Part shown: positions 28,202-38,036 of the stretch, piece after piece | Layout of the letters: each line of letters begins with the position of its first letter | Position numbering within the stretch: position 1 is the first letter of the stretch | Assembly: GCA_046484865.1 (NCBI GenBank) | Contig: JAWOID010000108.1 | Coordinates: 1 to 64,000, forward strand | Origin: Candidatus Krumholzibacteriia bacterium | GTDB lineage: Bacteria; Krumholzibacteriota; Krumholzibacteriia; LZORAL124-64-63 | Reading direction: 5' to 3' | DNA: 64,000 nucleotides | Program-made: the position numbers and the translations under genes | The notes under the pieces: model-generated | Database searches by the model: none | What the model saw: only the letters and a program-made list of their open reading frames with translations | What the model was told of the DNA's origin: nothing

Positions 28202-31078
28202 ATGACGCAGCTGCCCATGAATGACAAGCTTTCCACGGCCAAACCGCGGCCCCGGCGCTCCGCGGCCGGCGACATCGTCCTCCAGGGCGTACGGGTGCAC
28301 AACCTGAAGAACCTGGATCTGCGCCTGCCCCGCCGCAAGCTGGTGGTCATCACCGGACCGAGCGGATCGGGCAAGTCGAGCCTGGCGTTCGACACGCTGT
28401 ACGCCGAGGGCCAGCGCCGCTACATCGCGAGCCTCTCGAGCTATGCCCACCAGTTCCTGGATCAACTGCCCAAGCCGGACGTCGACCGCATCGACGGGCT
28501 CTCCCCGGCGCTGGCCATCGAGCAGAAGGGCCTGGGATCGAGTCCCCGCTCAACGGTGGGTACGGTGACCGAGATCGCCAACTTCCTGCGGCTGCTCTAC
28601 GCGCGCTGCGCCACGGCGTTCTGCAGCGCCTGTGGCCTGGAGGCGCGCGGACGTCCCCTGAGCGAGATCGAGGACGAGATCGCCGCGCTGCCCGAGGGCA
28701 CGCGCTTCTACCTGCTGGCGCCGGTGGTGCGCGGCCGGCGCGGGCCGCACCGGAAGCTGCTGGAGGATCTGGCGACCCAGGGCTACCTGCGCGTCCTGGT
28801 GGACGGCGAGCTGATGGAACTGGACCCCACGCCCCAGCTCGCCGCGGGCAAGCGCCACGACGTGGCCGTCGTGGTGGACGGGCTCACCAGTCGACCCGGC
28901 GTTCGCGACCGCCTGCGCGAAGCCCTGCGGCGCGCCGCCGAGCTGGGCGACGGGTCGGTGCTGGTCTGGCGGGACGGCGCGGCCGTGCACTACAGCCAGA
29001 CCACGTCCTGCGCGGGGTGCGGCCGCAGCTATCCCACGCCGGAACCGCGACTCTTCTCGTTCAATTCCCCGGCCGGTTCCTGCCCGGAGTGCAACGGGCT
29101 CGGCAGCCTGCGCACCATCCTGCCGGAGACGCTCGTCGCCGATCCGTCGCTCGCGCTGGGCGGCGGTGCCGTTCCTTTCCTGAAGGGCAAGGAGACGAGC
29201 TGGCTCTACACGCAGATCGAGGCCCTCGCCGGCGCTCTCGGCTTCGACCTCGAGGCACCGTACGCGTCGCTGAGCGAGGAGCAGCGGCGGGTGCTGCTGC
29301 ACGGGCTCGACGGTGCCGTGGACGTGCGCCTGCGCGACCATCCCCACTACCAGGCCTTCCTGCGGGGATGGCCCGGTCTGGTGCCCGAGCTGCTGCGCCG
29401 GCACCGCGAGACCAAGAGCGAGCGGGTGCGCGCCTCGCTGGAGCGGCTGCTGTCGGAGGAGCCTTGCCCCGCCTGCGCGGGCTACCGGCTGCGCGAGGAG
29501 GCGCTGGCGTTCCGCGTGGCGGGCCGGCACATCGGCGAGGTGTCGGCGCTTCCGCTGGACGAGCTGGAGGAGTGGCTGGACACGGTCGCGTTCACCGGCG
29601 CCCGCGAGCTGGCGGTGTCCCGCCCCGTCGTGGCGCAGATCCGCCAGCGGGTGGCGTTCCTGCGCCAGGTGGGGGTGGGCTACCTGTCGCTCGACCGGGC
29701 CACCCGCACGCTGTCCGGCGGCGAGGGTCAGCGCGTGCGGCTGGCCACCCAGGTGGGCTCGCAGCTCACGGGCGTGCTCTACGTGCTCGACGAGCCCAGC
29801 GTGGGCCTGCATCCCCGCGACGTGGGGCGGATGGTCGAGACCCTGCTCGCCCTGCGCGACCGCGGCAACAGCGTGATCGTCGTGGAGCACGATCGCGAGG
29901 TGATGCTGTCCGCCGACCACATCGTCGATCTCGGTCCTGGCGCGGGCGAGCACGGCGGGCGCCTGGTCGCCCAGGGCACGGTGGCCGAGGTGGCCGCCTG
30001 CGTGGGATCGGCCACCGGCGACTTCCTGTCCGGACGCACCGGCACCGGCGAGCCGGCGCCCCTGTGCGGCGGCGCCGAGCCGCAGGCCTGGCTGCGCATG
30101 ACGGGACTGCGCGGCCGCAATCTCCGCGACCTCGATCTGGTGCTGCCGCTGCAGCGGCTCACGGTGGTCACGGGCGTCTCCGGCTCCGGCAAGAGCACCG
30201 CCGTCCACGACACGCTCTACCGCGAACTCGCCATGCGGCTGCACCGCGCCACCACGCGGCCGGAGCCGTTCGGCGAGCTCGCCGGCGACGAGGCGCTCGG
30301 GGCGGTGATCCTGGTGGACCAGTCGCCCATCGGCCGCTCGGCGCGCTCCACGCCGGCCACCTACACCGGGCTGTACGCTCCCGTCCGCAGCCTGTTCGCG
30401 CAGACCACGCTCGCGCAGGTGCGCGGCTACGGCGCCAGCCGCTTCAGCTTCAATACCGTGGGCGGACGCTGTCCGGTCTGCGAGGGAGCGGGCGTGCGGC
30501 GACTGACCATGGACTTCCTGCCCGACGTCGAGGTGGTCTGCGAGGAGTGCGGCGGCCGCCGGTTCGACCGGGAGACCCTGGAGGTGCGCTTCAAGGGCTG
30601 CAACATCGCCGACGTGCTCGACATGACCGTGGAGGAGGCTCATGGCCTGCTGGAGAACGTCCCGGCGTGCCGGCGCATCCTCGACGTGATGCTGGAGGTG
30701 GGGCTGGGATACATCCGGCTGGGCCAGGCGGGCGCCACGCTCAGCGGGGGCGAGGCCCAGCGGATCAAGCTCGTGAAGGAGCTGTCGCGCGGCGGACGGC
30801 GGCCCACCCTCTACATGCTCGACGAACCCACCACCGGGCTGCACCACTGCGACATCGACCGCCTCATGGCGGTGCTCGAGCGGCTGGTGGCGCACGGGAA
30901 CACCGTGGTGGTGATCGAGCACAATCCCGACGTGATCCGCCGCGCCGACTGGGTCGTGGACATCGGCCCGGAGGGCGGCGGCGGCGGCGGCCGCGTCGTG
31001 GCGGAGGGCTCGCTGGACGCCATCATGGGCAGCGACGATTCGCACACCGGCCGCGTCCTGCGCGAGGTCCTGACCTAG
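28202..31078 (+). CDS. uvrA: Excinuclease ABC subunit A
   Basis: HNLKN, TGPSGSGKSSLAFDTLYAEGQRRY, two ABC modules (LSGGEGQR, LSGGEAQR), CxxC zinc fingers. Confidence 0.97.
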   Translation: MTQLPMNDKLSTAKPRPRRSAAGDIVLQGVRVHNLKNLDLRLPRRKLVVITGPSGSGKSSLAFDTLYAEGQRRYIASLSSYAHQFLDQLPKPDVDRIDGLSPALAIEQKGLGSSPRSTVGTVTEIANFLRLLYARCATAFCSACGLEARGRPLSEIEDEIAALPEGTRFYLLAPVVRGRRGPHRKLLEDLATQGYLRVLVDGELMELDPTPQLAAGKRHDVAVVVDGLTSRPGVRDRLREALRRAAELGDGSVLVWRDGAAVHYSQTTSCAGCGRSYPTPEPRLFSFNSPAGSCPECNGLGSLRTILPETLVADPSLALGGGAVPFLKGKETSWLYTQIEALAGALGFDLEAPYASLSEEQRRVLLHGLDGAVDVRLRDHPHYQAFLRGWPGLVPELLRRHRETKSERVRASLERLLSEEPCPACAGYRLREEALAFRVAGRHIGEVSALPLDELEEWLDTVAFTGARELAVSRPVVAQIRQRVAFLRQVGVGYLSLDRATRTLSGGEGQRVRLATQVGSQLTGVLYVLDEPSVGLHPRDVGRMVETLLALRDRGNSVIVVEHDREVMLSADHIVDLGPGAGEHGGRLVAQGTVAEVAACVGSATGDFLSGRTGTGEPAPLCGGAEPQAWLRMTGLRGRNLRDLDLVLPLQRLTVVTGVSGSGKSTAVHDTLYRELAMRLHRATTRPEPFGELAGDEALGAVILVDQSPIGRSARSTPATYTGLYAPVRSLFAQTTLAQVRGYGASRFSFNTVGGRCPVCEGAGVRRLTMDFLPDVEVVCEECGGRRFDRETLEVRFKGCNIADVLDMTVEEAHGLLENVPACRRILDVMLEVGLGYIRLGQAGATLSGGEAQRIKLVKELSRGGRRPTLYMLDEPTTGLHHCDIDRLMAVLERLVAHGNTVVVIEHNPDVIRRADWVVDIGPEGGGGGGRVVAEGSLDAIMGSDDSHTGRVLREVLT

Positions 31079-31090
31079 CCCAAGTCGGGC

Positions 31091-31119
31091 TTGGAACCGC
31101 GCGGGTTCCGGCTTAGATT
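31091..31119 (+). promoter_or_regulatory. Candidate sigma70-type promoter for the gcv operon
   Basis: TTGGAA-N17-TAGATT. Confidence 0.4.
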
Positions 31120-31237
31120 GGGGCCGACTCGCCGCGCGGTGAACGCGCCCGCGGGTCCTCGCGCCGATTCCGGACGTGCCGTGAGATCCCTTCGTGCCGG
31201 CGACGTCCGCACCGCGCAGCGACAGGAGCCCGCTTCC

Positions 31238-32398
31238 ATGGATCAGGCAGCCGAGTCTCGCGACGACCTCCGCACCACGCCCCTGACCTCCTGGCACCAG
31301 GCAGCCGGCGCGCGCATGGTCCCCTTCGCCGGTTTCCTCATGCCCGTGCAGTACGAGAGCGTGCTCGCCGAGCACGCGGCCGTCCGCGAGCGCGTCGGAC
31401 TCTTCGACATCACCCACATGGGCGAGATCGCGGTGTCCGGCCCGGGCGCCGAGGCGTGGCTCGACGGCCTGGTGACGAACCGGGTCGCGGGGATCGCGCC
31501 GGGCAAGGTCGTGTACACGCCCATGTGCCGCGCGGATGGCGTCGTGCTCGACGACATGCTGGTCTACCGTCTCGACGCGGAGCGCTGGTACGTGGTCTGC
31601 AACGCGTCCAACCACGCCAAGATCGCCGGTCGGCTCACCGAGCGGCGGCCGACCGCGGGAGTTCAGGTGCGGGACGTGAGCGATGCCACCGCTCTCGTCG
31701 CCGTGCAGGGACCGGAGTCGCGGGAGCTGCTGCGGCGGCTGTCCGCGCTGGCGGACGTGCAGGAGCGGATCGACGGCCTCGACTTCTACACCGCATTCAT
31801 GACCGTCCCTCACGGCGCCGAGTGGATCGTCTCGCGCACGGGTTACACCGGCGAGCACGGCTACGAGCTGTACGTCCCCGGTGCCGACGCTCCGGCGCTC
31901 TGGGAAGAGTTGCTGGAACGGGGCGGGGACCTGGGCGTGGCGCCGGTGGGGCTGGCCGCCCGCGACACGCTGCGCTTCGAGCTGGCGTACTGCCTGTACG
32001 GCCACGAACTCGACGAACAGACCACGCCGCTGGAGGCGGGGATCGCCTGGGCCGTGAAGCTGAAGAAGGGCGACTTCGTCGGCCGCGAGGCGCTGGCGGC
32101 CCAGAAGGCCGCCGGCGTGCCGCGCCGGCTGGTCGGCCTGGAGGTGGCGGGCCGCGCCATCGCTCGCCAGGGCGCGCCGGTCCTGGCGGCGGGACGGGAG
32201 GTGGGCCGCGTCACCAGCGGCACCTTCAGCCCCACCCTCCAGCAGTCGCTGGCGCTGGCACTCGTGGCGGCGGACGCGCCGGTCGGGGAGATCGAGGTGG
32301 AGGTTCGCGGGAAGCGGCTGTCGTGCACGCTGCGATCGCTGCCATTCGTGACGGCGCGGGTCAAGGGCGACCCGCGGGCAGAGCGGACGCTGCCCTGA
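31238..32398 (+). CDS. gcvT: Glycine cleavage system aminomethyltransferase
   Basis: GLFDITHMGE, SRTGYTGEHGYE, GLAARDTLRFE; ATG after AGGAG. Confidence 0.97.
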   Translation: MDQAAESRDDLRTTPLTSWHQAAGARMVPFAGFLMPVQYESVLAEHAAVRERVGLFDITHMGEIAVSGPGAEAWLDGLVTNRVAGIAPGKVVYTPMCRADGVVLDDMLVYRLDAERWYVVCNASNHAKIAGRLTERRPTAGVQVRDVSDATALVAVQGPESRELLRRLSALADVQERIDGLDFYTAFMTVPHGAEWIVSRTGYTGEHGYELYVPGADAPALWEELLERGGDLGVAPVGLAARDTLRFELAYCLYGHELDEQTTPLEAGIAWAVKLKKGDFVGREALAAQKAAGVPRRLVGLEVAGRAIARQGAPVLAAGREVGRVTSGTFSPTLQQSLALALVAADAPVGEIEVEVRGKRLSCTLRSLPFVTARVKGDPRAERTLP

Positions 32399-32425
32399 CG
32401 GGCGGCCCAACGGCGGGAGAGGACC

Positions 32426-32803
32426 ATGGTACCTGACGACCGCAAGTACACCGAGGAGCACGAGTGGGTCATGGTGGACGGCGACACCGGCACGGTGGGG
32501 ATCACCGACCACGCCGCCGCCGAGCTGGGCGACATCGTGTTCGTGGAACTCCCCGAGGTCGGGAGCGAGTTCAACCAGGGCGACTCGGTGGGCAGCATCG
32601 AGTCGGTGAAGGCCGTGGCGGATCTCTTCCAGCCGATCAGCGGCGAGGTCATCGAGGTCAACCAGGCGGTGGTGGACGGACCGGACCTGGTCAACACCAG
32701 CCCCATGGACGACGGCTGGCTGCTGAAGGTGCGCATCAGCGACCCGTCGGAGCTGGACCGACTCCTCGACGCCGGCGCGTACCAGAACCTGCTCGGAGGC
32801 TGA
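32426..32803 (+). CDS. gcvH: Glycine cleavage system H protein
   Basis: KYTEEHEW, GITDHA..LGDIVFVELP, IESVKAV (lipoyl lysine). Confidence 0.98.
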   Translation: MVPDDRKYTEEHEWVMVDGDTGTVGITDHAAAELGDIVFVELPEVGSEFNQGDSVGSIESVKAVADLFQPISGEVIEVNQAVVDGPDLVNTSPMDDGWLLKVRISDPSELDRLLDAGAYQNLLGG

Positions 32804-32810
32804 GCGCGTC

Positions 32811-34178
32811 ATGCCCTACACGCCCCACACGCCCGAGGACATCCGGGCCATGCTCGACGTGATCGGCGTCGCGAGCGTGGAGGATCTGTTCGCCAGCCTG
32901 CCCGACGAGGTGAAGCTGGACCGCGAGCTGGACCTGCCGGCCGGCCGCACCGAGGAGGAGGTGCGCTGGATCATGAAGGCGCTCGCCTCCCGGAACGTCA
33001 GCCAGGAAGCGCTGGTCTCGTTCCTGGGCGGGGGCGTCTACGACACCATCGTCCCGGCCGCCGTCGACGCGATCTCGTCCCGCAGCGAGTACCTCACCGC
33101 GTACACGCCCTACCAGCCCGAGGTATCCCAGGGAACGCTGCAGGTGATCTTCGAGTGGCAGACGTTCGTCACGCGCCTGACCGGCCTGCCGGTGGCCAAC
33201 GCCAGCATGTACGACGGCGCGACGGCGCTGGCCGAGGCGCTGGCGGTGACGGTGGCGCAGACCCGCCGCTTCAGGGTGGTCGTGCCCGCCACGCTGAACC
33301 CCCGCTACCGGCGCGTGGTCGCCACCATGCTCGCGGGCGAGGGCGTGGAGATCGTCACGGCGCCCCGCCGACCCGACGGCACGACCGATCCGGCGGCGCT
33401 GGCCGCGCTGGTGGACGACACGGTGGGCGGCGTCGTGGTGCAGAACCCCAACCACCTGGGGCTGGTGGAGCCGGTGGACGAACTCGCCGCGGCGGCCCGG
33501 GCGCACGGCGCCCTGCTGGTGGCGGCGGTCAACCCGGCGTCGCTGTCGGTGCTGAAGGCGCCTGGCGAGTACGGCGCCGACCTGGCGGTGGGCGAGGCCC
33601 AGCCGTTCGGCCTCTATCCCTCGTACGGCGGTCCGCTGCTCGGGTTCTTCGCCTGCACCGACGCGCTCAAGCGCCGGCTGCCCGGGCGCGTGGTGGGACG
33701 CACAGTCGACCGCGAGGGACGCGAGGGCTACGTGCTCACCCTGCAGACTCGCGAGCAGCACATCCGCCGCGAGAAGGCGACGTCGAACATCTGCACCAAC
33801 GAGGGGCTGATGATGCTGCGGGCCACCGTCTACCTGGCGATGCTCGGGGGCGACGGCCTGCGGGAGCTGGGTGAGGCCAACCGGATGCGGGCGGAGGCGC
33901 TGCGACGCACCGCCGCCGGGGTGCCGGGCGTGGAACTGCCTTTCCCCGGCCCGGTGTTCAACGAGCTGGTGCTGCGGCTGCCGCGGCCGGCCGCGGAATT
34001 CCGGCGCTTCGCCCGCGAGCGGGGCGTGCTCGCCGGCATTCCCCTGGCCGGGTTCGCCGGCTGCACGGACCGCGATCTGCTGGTGGCGGTCACGGAGAAG
34101 CGTACCGCGCAGGAGATCGAGGACTACGGCACGCTGCTGCGCGTCTTCGCCAGCGGCGAGGGGGACGATCAGGGATGA
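32811..34178 (+). CDS. gcvPA: Glycine dehydrogenase subunit 1
   Basis: YTPYQPEVSQG, NASMYDG, TREQHIRREKATSNICTN. Confidence 0.97.
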   Translation: MPYTPHTPEDIRAMLDVIGVASVEDLFASLPDEVKLDRELDLPAGRTEEEVRWIMKALASRNVSQEALVSFLGGGVYDTIVPAAVDAISSRSEYLTAYTPYQPEVSQGTLQVIFEWQTFVTRLTGLPVANASMYDGATALAEALAVTVAQTRRFRVVVPATLNPRYRRVVATMLAGEGVEIVTAPRRPDGTTDPAALAALVDDTVGGVVVQNPNHLGLVEPVDELAAAARAHGALLVAAVNPASLSVLKAPGEYGADLAVGEAQPFGLYPSYGGPLLGFFACTDALKRRLPGRVVGRTVDREGREGYVLTLQTREQHIRREKATSNICTNEGLMMLRATVYLAMLGGDGLRELGEANRMRAEALRRTAAGVPGVELPFPGPVFNELVLRLPRPAAEFRRFARERGVLAGIPLAGFAGCTDRDLLVAVTEKRTAQEIEDYGTLLRVFASGEGDDQG

Positions 34179-35743
34179 GCGATCAGCCCGTCAACGAGCC
34201 GGGTGGAGGCAGCGAGGAGATCACCCGCACGGCCAGCCCGGCGGTCAAGGCCGAGGCGGTCGTGGCGCGGCGCATGGCCGACGCCCGGCAGGAGAGCCTC
34301 TTCGCCGGGGGACGCCCCGGCCGGCGGGCGCTCACGTTCCCGGCCTGGACCGGCGAACCCGTGGCGACGGCGCTGCCGGAGTGGGCGCGCCGCAGCGAGC
34401 CGGCCGCACTGCCGTCGCTCGCCGAGCCGGAGGTCATGCGGCACTACACCCAGCTGTCGCTGCTGAACCACAACATCGAGCGGGGCGTTTACCCGCTCGG
34501 GTCGTGCACCATGAAGTACAACCCGCGGGTCAACGAGCAGGTGGCCGCGCTGCCCGGCTTCGCCATGCTCCATCCGGAGCAGGACGACGAGGACGCGCAG
34601 GGCCTGCTGGCCGCGCTGAAGCTGCTGGAGGACTCGCTCTGCGAGATCACTGGCTTCGCCGCCTGCAGCCTGCAGCCGGCCGCCGGCGCCATGGGCGAGT
34701 ACCTGGGGATGGCCGTGATCCGGGCGCGGCACGTGGCCGCCGGCGAGCGGGACCGGATCGAGATCCTGATCCCGGACTCCGCCCACGGCACGAACCCGGC
34801 CTCGGTGGCGATGATGGGCATGAAGCCGCGCACGCTCGTCTCGCGCGCCGACGGGCGCATCGATCTCGAACGCCTGCACGCGGCGGTGGGTCCGCGCACC
34901 GCGGGCATCATGATCACCAACCCCAACACCGCGGGGCTGTTCGAGACCGAGATCGTCGAGGTCGCGCGCGTGGTCCACGCCGCCGGCGGCCGTCTCTACA
35001 TGGACGGCGCCAACCTGAACGCGATCCTGGGCAAGGTGCGGCCCGGCGACATGGGCTTCGACGTCGTCCACCTGAACCTGCACAAGACCTTCTCCACGCC
35101 GCACGGCGGCGGCGGTCCGGGCGCCGGACCCATCTGCGTGAGCGCGGAGCTGGAGCCGTTCCTGCCCGGACCGCGCCTGGTCGACGATGACGGCGTGCTC
35201 CGCCTCGACCGCGAACGGGAGCCGGACGGACCGGCGGTCCACTCGTACCTGGGCAACGTGGGGGTGTGCCTGCGGGCGCTCGCTTACATCCTGCGCAACG
35301 GAAGCGACGGCCTCGAGCGCGTGGCGGAGCGGGCGGTGCTCAACGCCAACTACCTGCTGGCGCGCCTGAAGGGCATCCTGCCGGTGGATCACCCCGACGG
35401 GTGCATGCACGAGTTCGTGGCCAGCGGCACGCGCTGGAAGCGGGAGTACGGGGTGCGCACGCTCGACATCGCCAAGCGGATGCTCGACTATGGCGTGCAC
35501 GCGCCCACCATCTACTTTCCGCTGATCGTCGACGAGGCGTTGATGATCGAACCCACCGAGTCGGAGTCGCAGGAGAGCCTCGACCGTTTCGTGGCGATCA
35601 TGGAGGCCATCCACGACGAAGCGCAGCGGGATCCGGAGCTGCTGCGGACCGCACCCCACGCCACGCCGCTGGGACGGCTCGACGAGGTGCGCGCGGCCCG
35701 GCAGCCCGACCTGCGGTACCTCGGCCCCTGCAGCTGTGGCTGA
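34175..35743 (+). CDS. gcvPB: Glycine dehydrogenase subunit 2
   Basis: YPLGSCTMKYNP, SAHGTNPAS, HLNLHKTFSTPHGGGGPG, MIEPTESE. Confidence 0.97.
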   Translation: MSDQPVNEPGGGSEEITRTASPAVKAEAVVARRMADARQESLFAGGRPGRRALTFPAWTGEPVATALPEWARRSEPAALPSLAEPEVMRHYTQLSLLNHNIERGVYPLGSCTMKYNPRVNEQVAALPGFAMLHPEQDDEDAQGLLAALKLLEDSLCEITGFAACSLQPAAGAMGEYLGMAVIRARHVAAGERDRIEILIPDSAHGTNPASVAMMGMKPRTLVSRADGRIDLERLHAAVGPRTAGIMITNPNTAGLFETEIVEVARVVHAAGGRLYMDGANLNAILGKVRPGDMGFDVVHLNLHKTFSTPHGGGGPGAGPICVSAELEPFLPGPRLVDDDGVLRLDREREPDGPAVHSYLGNVGVCLRALAYILRNGSDGLERVAERAVLNANYLLARLKGILPVDHPDGCMHEFVASGTRWKREYGVRTLDIAKRMLDYGVHAPTIYFPLIVDEALMIEPTESESQESLDRFVAIMEAIHDEAQRDPELLRTAPHATPLGRLDEVRAARQPDLRYLGPCSCG

Positions 35744-36713
35744 GCGGTCGCAAGACGGCGACATCGGCGGCGCCGGCTCTCCCCGGGAGTCCGGCGCCGC
35801 GGCACGTCGGGCGAGCGGCGAAGGAGCCGGGCGCTCCGGCGACGCGACCGGCATCCTGCGCGTGATCCGCGACGGCGCGCTCGGCGGAGCGGAGAACATG
35901 GCGCGCGACCGTGCGCTGCTCGAACGCCAGCGCCGCGGGGATCCGCCGGTGCTGCGGCTCTACCGGTGGTCGCCGCCGGCGGTGAGCATCGGTTATCACC
36001 AGGATCAGGCCGATTTCCCCCTGGAGCGGGCCCGTGTCCTGGGCTGGGACGTGGTGCGCCGTCCCACGGGCGGTCGCGCCATCCTGCACGCCGAGGAACT
36101 GACCTACGCCGTGGTGGCCGGCTCGCCGTCGCCGCTGTTCGGATCCAGCCTCCACTCGAGCTACGCGCGCATCAACGAGGCGCTGCTGGCGTTCCTCTCG
36201 GACCTGGGGATCGCCGGCGAGATCTCGAGCGGCGAGAGCCGGGCCGAGGCGCGCGGCACGGTCTGCTTCCAGTCGGCCGGTCAGTACGAGGTGCGGGTGG
36301 GTGGGCGCAAGCTCGTGGGCTCGGCGCAGCGCCGGTCCGAGCGCGCCTTCCTGCAGCACGGCTCCATCCTCTTCGGACCCGCGCACGCCGACCTGGTGCG
36401 CTGTCTCGCCGTCACCGGGAGCGCGGCTGGGAGCGGGGGCGGGAGCGGGGGCGGGAGCGCGGCTGGGAGCGGGGGCGGGAGCGGGAGCGGGAGCGGGACG
36501 GGGAGCGGCACCGGCGGAAACGGGATCGCCGACCCGGCCGTCGTGGCGGCGCGCCGGCACGCGCTGCTGGACGCCACCACCGACCTTGGCCGTCTGCTGG
36601 GACGCGCCCCGGACGCTCCGTTCACCGCCGTCGAGCTGGAACGGCTGGAGGACCGGCTCGAGGCGGCGTTCGCTCGCGCGTTCGCCCTGGAACCGGTCCC
36701 CTGGTCGTGCTGA
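35736..36713 (+). CDS. Lipoate-protein ligase A/LipM-like octanoyltransferase family protein
   Basis: NMARD, LRLYRW, VRRPTGGRAILH, RKLVGSAQ, LQHGSI; overlaps the gcvPB stop. Confidence 0.9.
   Translation: MAERSQDGDIGGAGSPRESGAAARRASGEGAGRSGDATGILRVIRDGALGGAENMARDRALLERQRRGDPPVLRLYRWSPPAVSIGYHQDQADFPLERARVLGWDVVRRPTGGRAILHAEELTYAVVAGSPSPLFGSSLHSSYARINEALLAFLSDLGIAGEISSGESRAEARGTVCFQSAGQYEVRVGGRKLVGSAQRRSERAFLQHGSILFGPAHADLVRCLAVTGSAAGSGGGSGGGSAAGSGGGSGSGSGTGSGTGGNGIADPAVVAARRHALLDATTDLGRLLGRAPDAPFTAVELERLEDRLEAAFARAFALEPVPWSC
36417..36518 (+). repeat. In-frame G-rich hexamer minisatellite (GGGAGC-based) encoding a Gly/Ser linker
   Basis: gggagc gcggct gggagc gggggc gggagc gggggc gggagc gcggct gggagc gggggc gggagc gggagc gggagc gggacg gggagc... 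Confidence 0.9.
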
Positions 36714-36725
36714 TCACACCCGGCC

Positions 36726-38036
36726 TCAGAACACGAGCGAGCTCCCCGCCGCGAAACCGACGCCTCGGCTCGATCCGGCCGCGAGCCCGCCGCTGTTCAC
36801 CGCCGCCAGGTCCAGCCGCCAGCATCCGATCGCCAGGCCGAGGCCCGCTGCCGAGCTGAAGCCCCGGTCGCCGCCGGCGGCCATGCCCAGCCGCGGGAGG
36901 AGGAATCCGGCCACTCCGAGCTCGATCCCGGCGCTCAGGCGCGGCGACGTGCTCGCGCCGGCTCGATCGGCGAGCCCCTGCGTGAGGTCGGCCGCCACCA
37001 GCACGCGGCCCAGCTGGCGACTGGCGCCCGCGCGCAGCCGGGCGGGCAGGCTGGTCCGGTAGGCGTCGGTGACGTGCGTCGTGTCGCTCGAAACCACCGC
37101 GGCGTCGAGGTCGTCGTGCATGAGGTACAGGTCGCCCGCCGTCACCGCGTACACGTGCCGCTCCGGATTGCGGTCCCAGACGAGGCGGCTGGCGAGGTTG
37201 TCCAGCGCCAGGCCCAGCGTCCAGTTGCCGGTCTGCAGAGCCGCACCCAGGTCCACCGCGTAGCCGTGGCCGCCCTCCGCCGTGAGCGCCTCGACCACCG
37301 CGGCGCCCGAGATGGCGTCGAGGCTGGTGGCGAGGGATCCGCCGGCCCGCTCCACGTGCATCTCGTAGATCCCCCGCAGGTAGTGCAGGTTGGCCCCGAT
37401 GGCCAGCAGTGCGCCGCCGGTGCGCGCCACGGGCAGGCCGCCGGAGAGGGTGAAGGCGCCGACCGCGTGGCCCTCGCCGTGGGTATCGGTGAAGTCGACG
37501 GTCTCGCCCGGCTCGTTGCCGAAGAGGACCAGATCGAAGAAGTCGCGGTCGAGATTGCCGCGTCCGGCGGCGAAGCCATGCACGCTCGCCGCGAAGCGTC
37601 CGGCGTGGAGTCCCAGCGCCGACACGCGCACGTCCCCGTCCAGGCTCAGACCGCCGGCGGGGATCTCGGACAGGATCTGCTCCTTGTCGGCCGAGGTGAG
37701 CGTGGCGCCCATGATCTCGTTGTACCGCTCCAGGGAGAAGGCGTTGTTGCGGACATCGGCGCCTGCCGCGGCCAGTCCGACGGTCGCACCGGGGCTGAAG
37801 GCGAGGTTGGCGGGGTTGAACTGCACCGCCTCCAGTCCGCGGGCGCTGGCGGTGTGAGCGCCGCCCATGCCCCAGGCTCGCGCCGAGCCCTGGCCGCGCG
37901 CGGGGCCCGCGGTGGCCAGCAGGAGCGCCGTCGCGGACACCAGCGCGACGACCGCGGCCGCCTTGCCGTTCGCGGCCGTCTCGCGTGCGCCGGACCATCG
38001 GCCGGCGGCTGGACAGGATCGCTCCCTGGTCACCAT
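36726..38036 (-). CDS. Outer-membrane beta-barrel protein, DUF5723/PorV-FadL-like
   Basis: Signal peptide, SARAWGMGGA...FNPANL N-terminal motif, amphipathic strands, terminal Phe; ATG 38036 overlapping the upstream gene's end. Confidence 0.75.
   Translation of the reverse strand: MVTRERSCPAAGRWSGARETAANGKAAAVVALVSATALLLATAGPARGQGSARAWGMGGAHTASARGLEAVQFNPANLAFSPGATVGLAAAGADVRNNAFSLERYNEIMGATLTSADKEQILSEIPAGGLSLDGDVRVSALGLHAGRFAASVHGFAAGRGNLDRDFFDLVLFGNEPGETVDFTDTHGEGHAVGAFTLSGGLPVARTGGALLAIGANLHYLRGIYEMHVERAGGSLATSLDAISGAAVVEALTAEGGHGYAVDLGAALQTGNWTLGLALDNLASRLVWDRNPERHVYAVTAGDLYLMHDDLDAAVVSSDTTHVTDAYRTSLPARLRAGASRQLGRVLVAADLTQGLADRAGASTSPRLSAGIELGVAGFLLPRLGMAAGGDRGFSSAAGLGLAIGCWRLDLAAVNSGGLAAGSSRGVGFAAGSSLVF

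Noticed and set aside
31079..31237. Glycine riboswitch upstream of gcvT
   Set aside because: A hairpin (cggacgt...acgtccg) is present but the conserved GGAGA...CCGAAG...CTCTCAGG core is not.
35741..35743. Selenocysteine read-through at the TGA after CSCG in gcvPB
   Set aside because: The protein is already full length, the next gene starts across this stop, and no convincing SECIS could be identified.
36417..36518. CRISPR array or other spaced repeats (here or elsewhere in the window)
   Set aside because: All repeats seen are short tandem duplications without unique spacers, and no cas gene is present.
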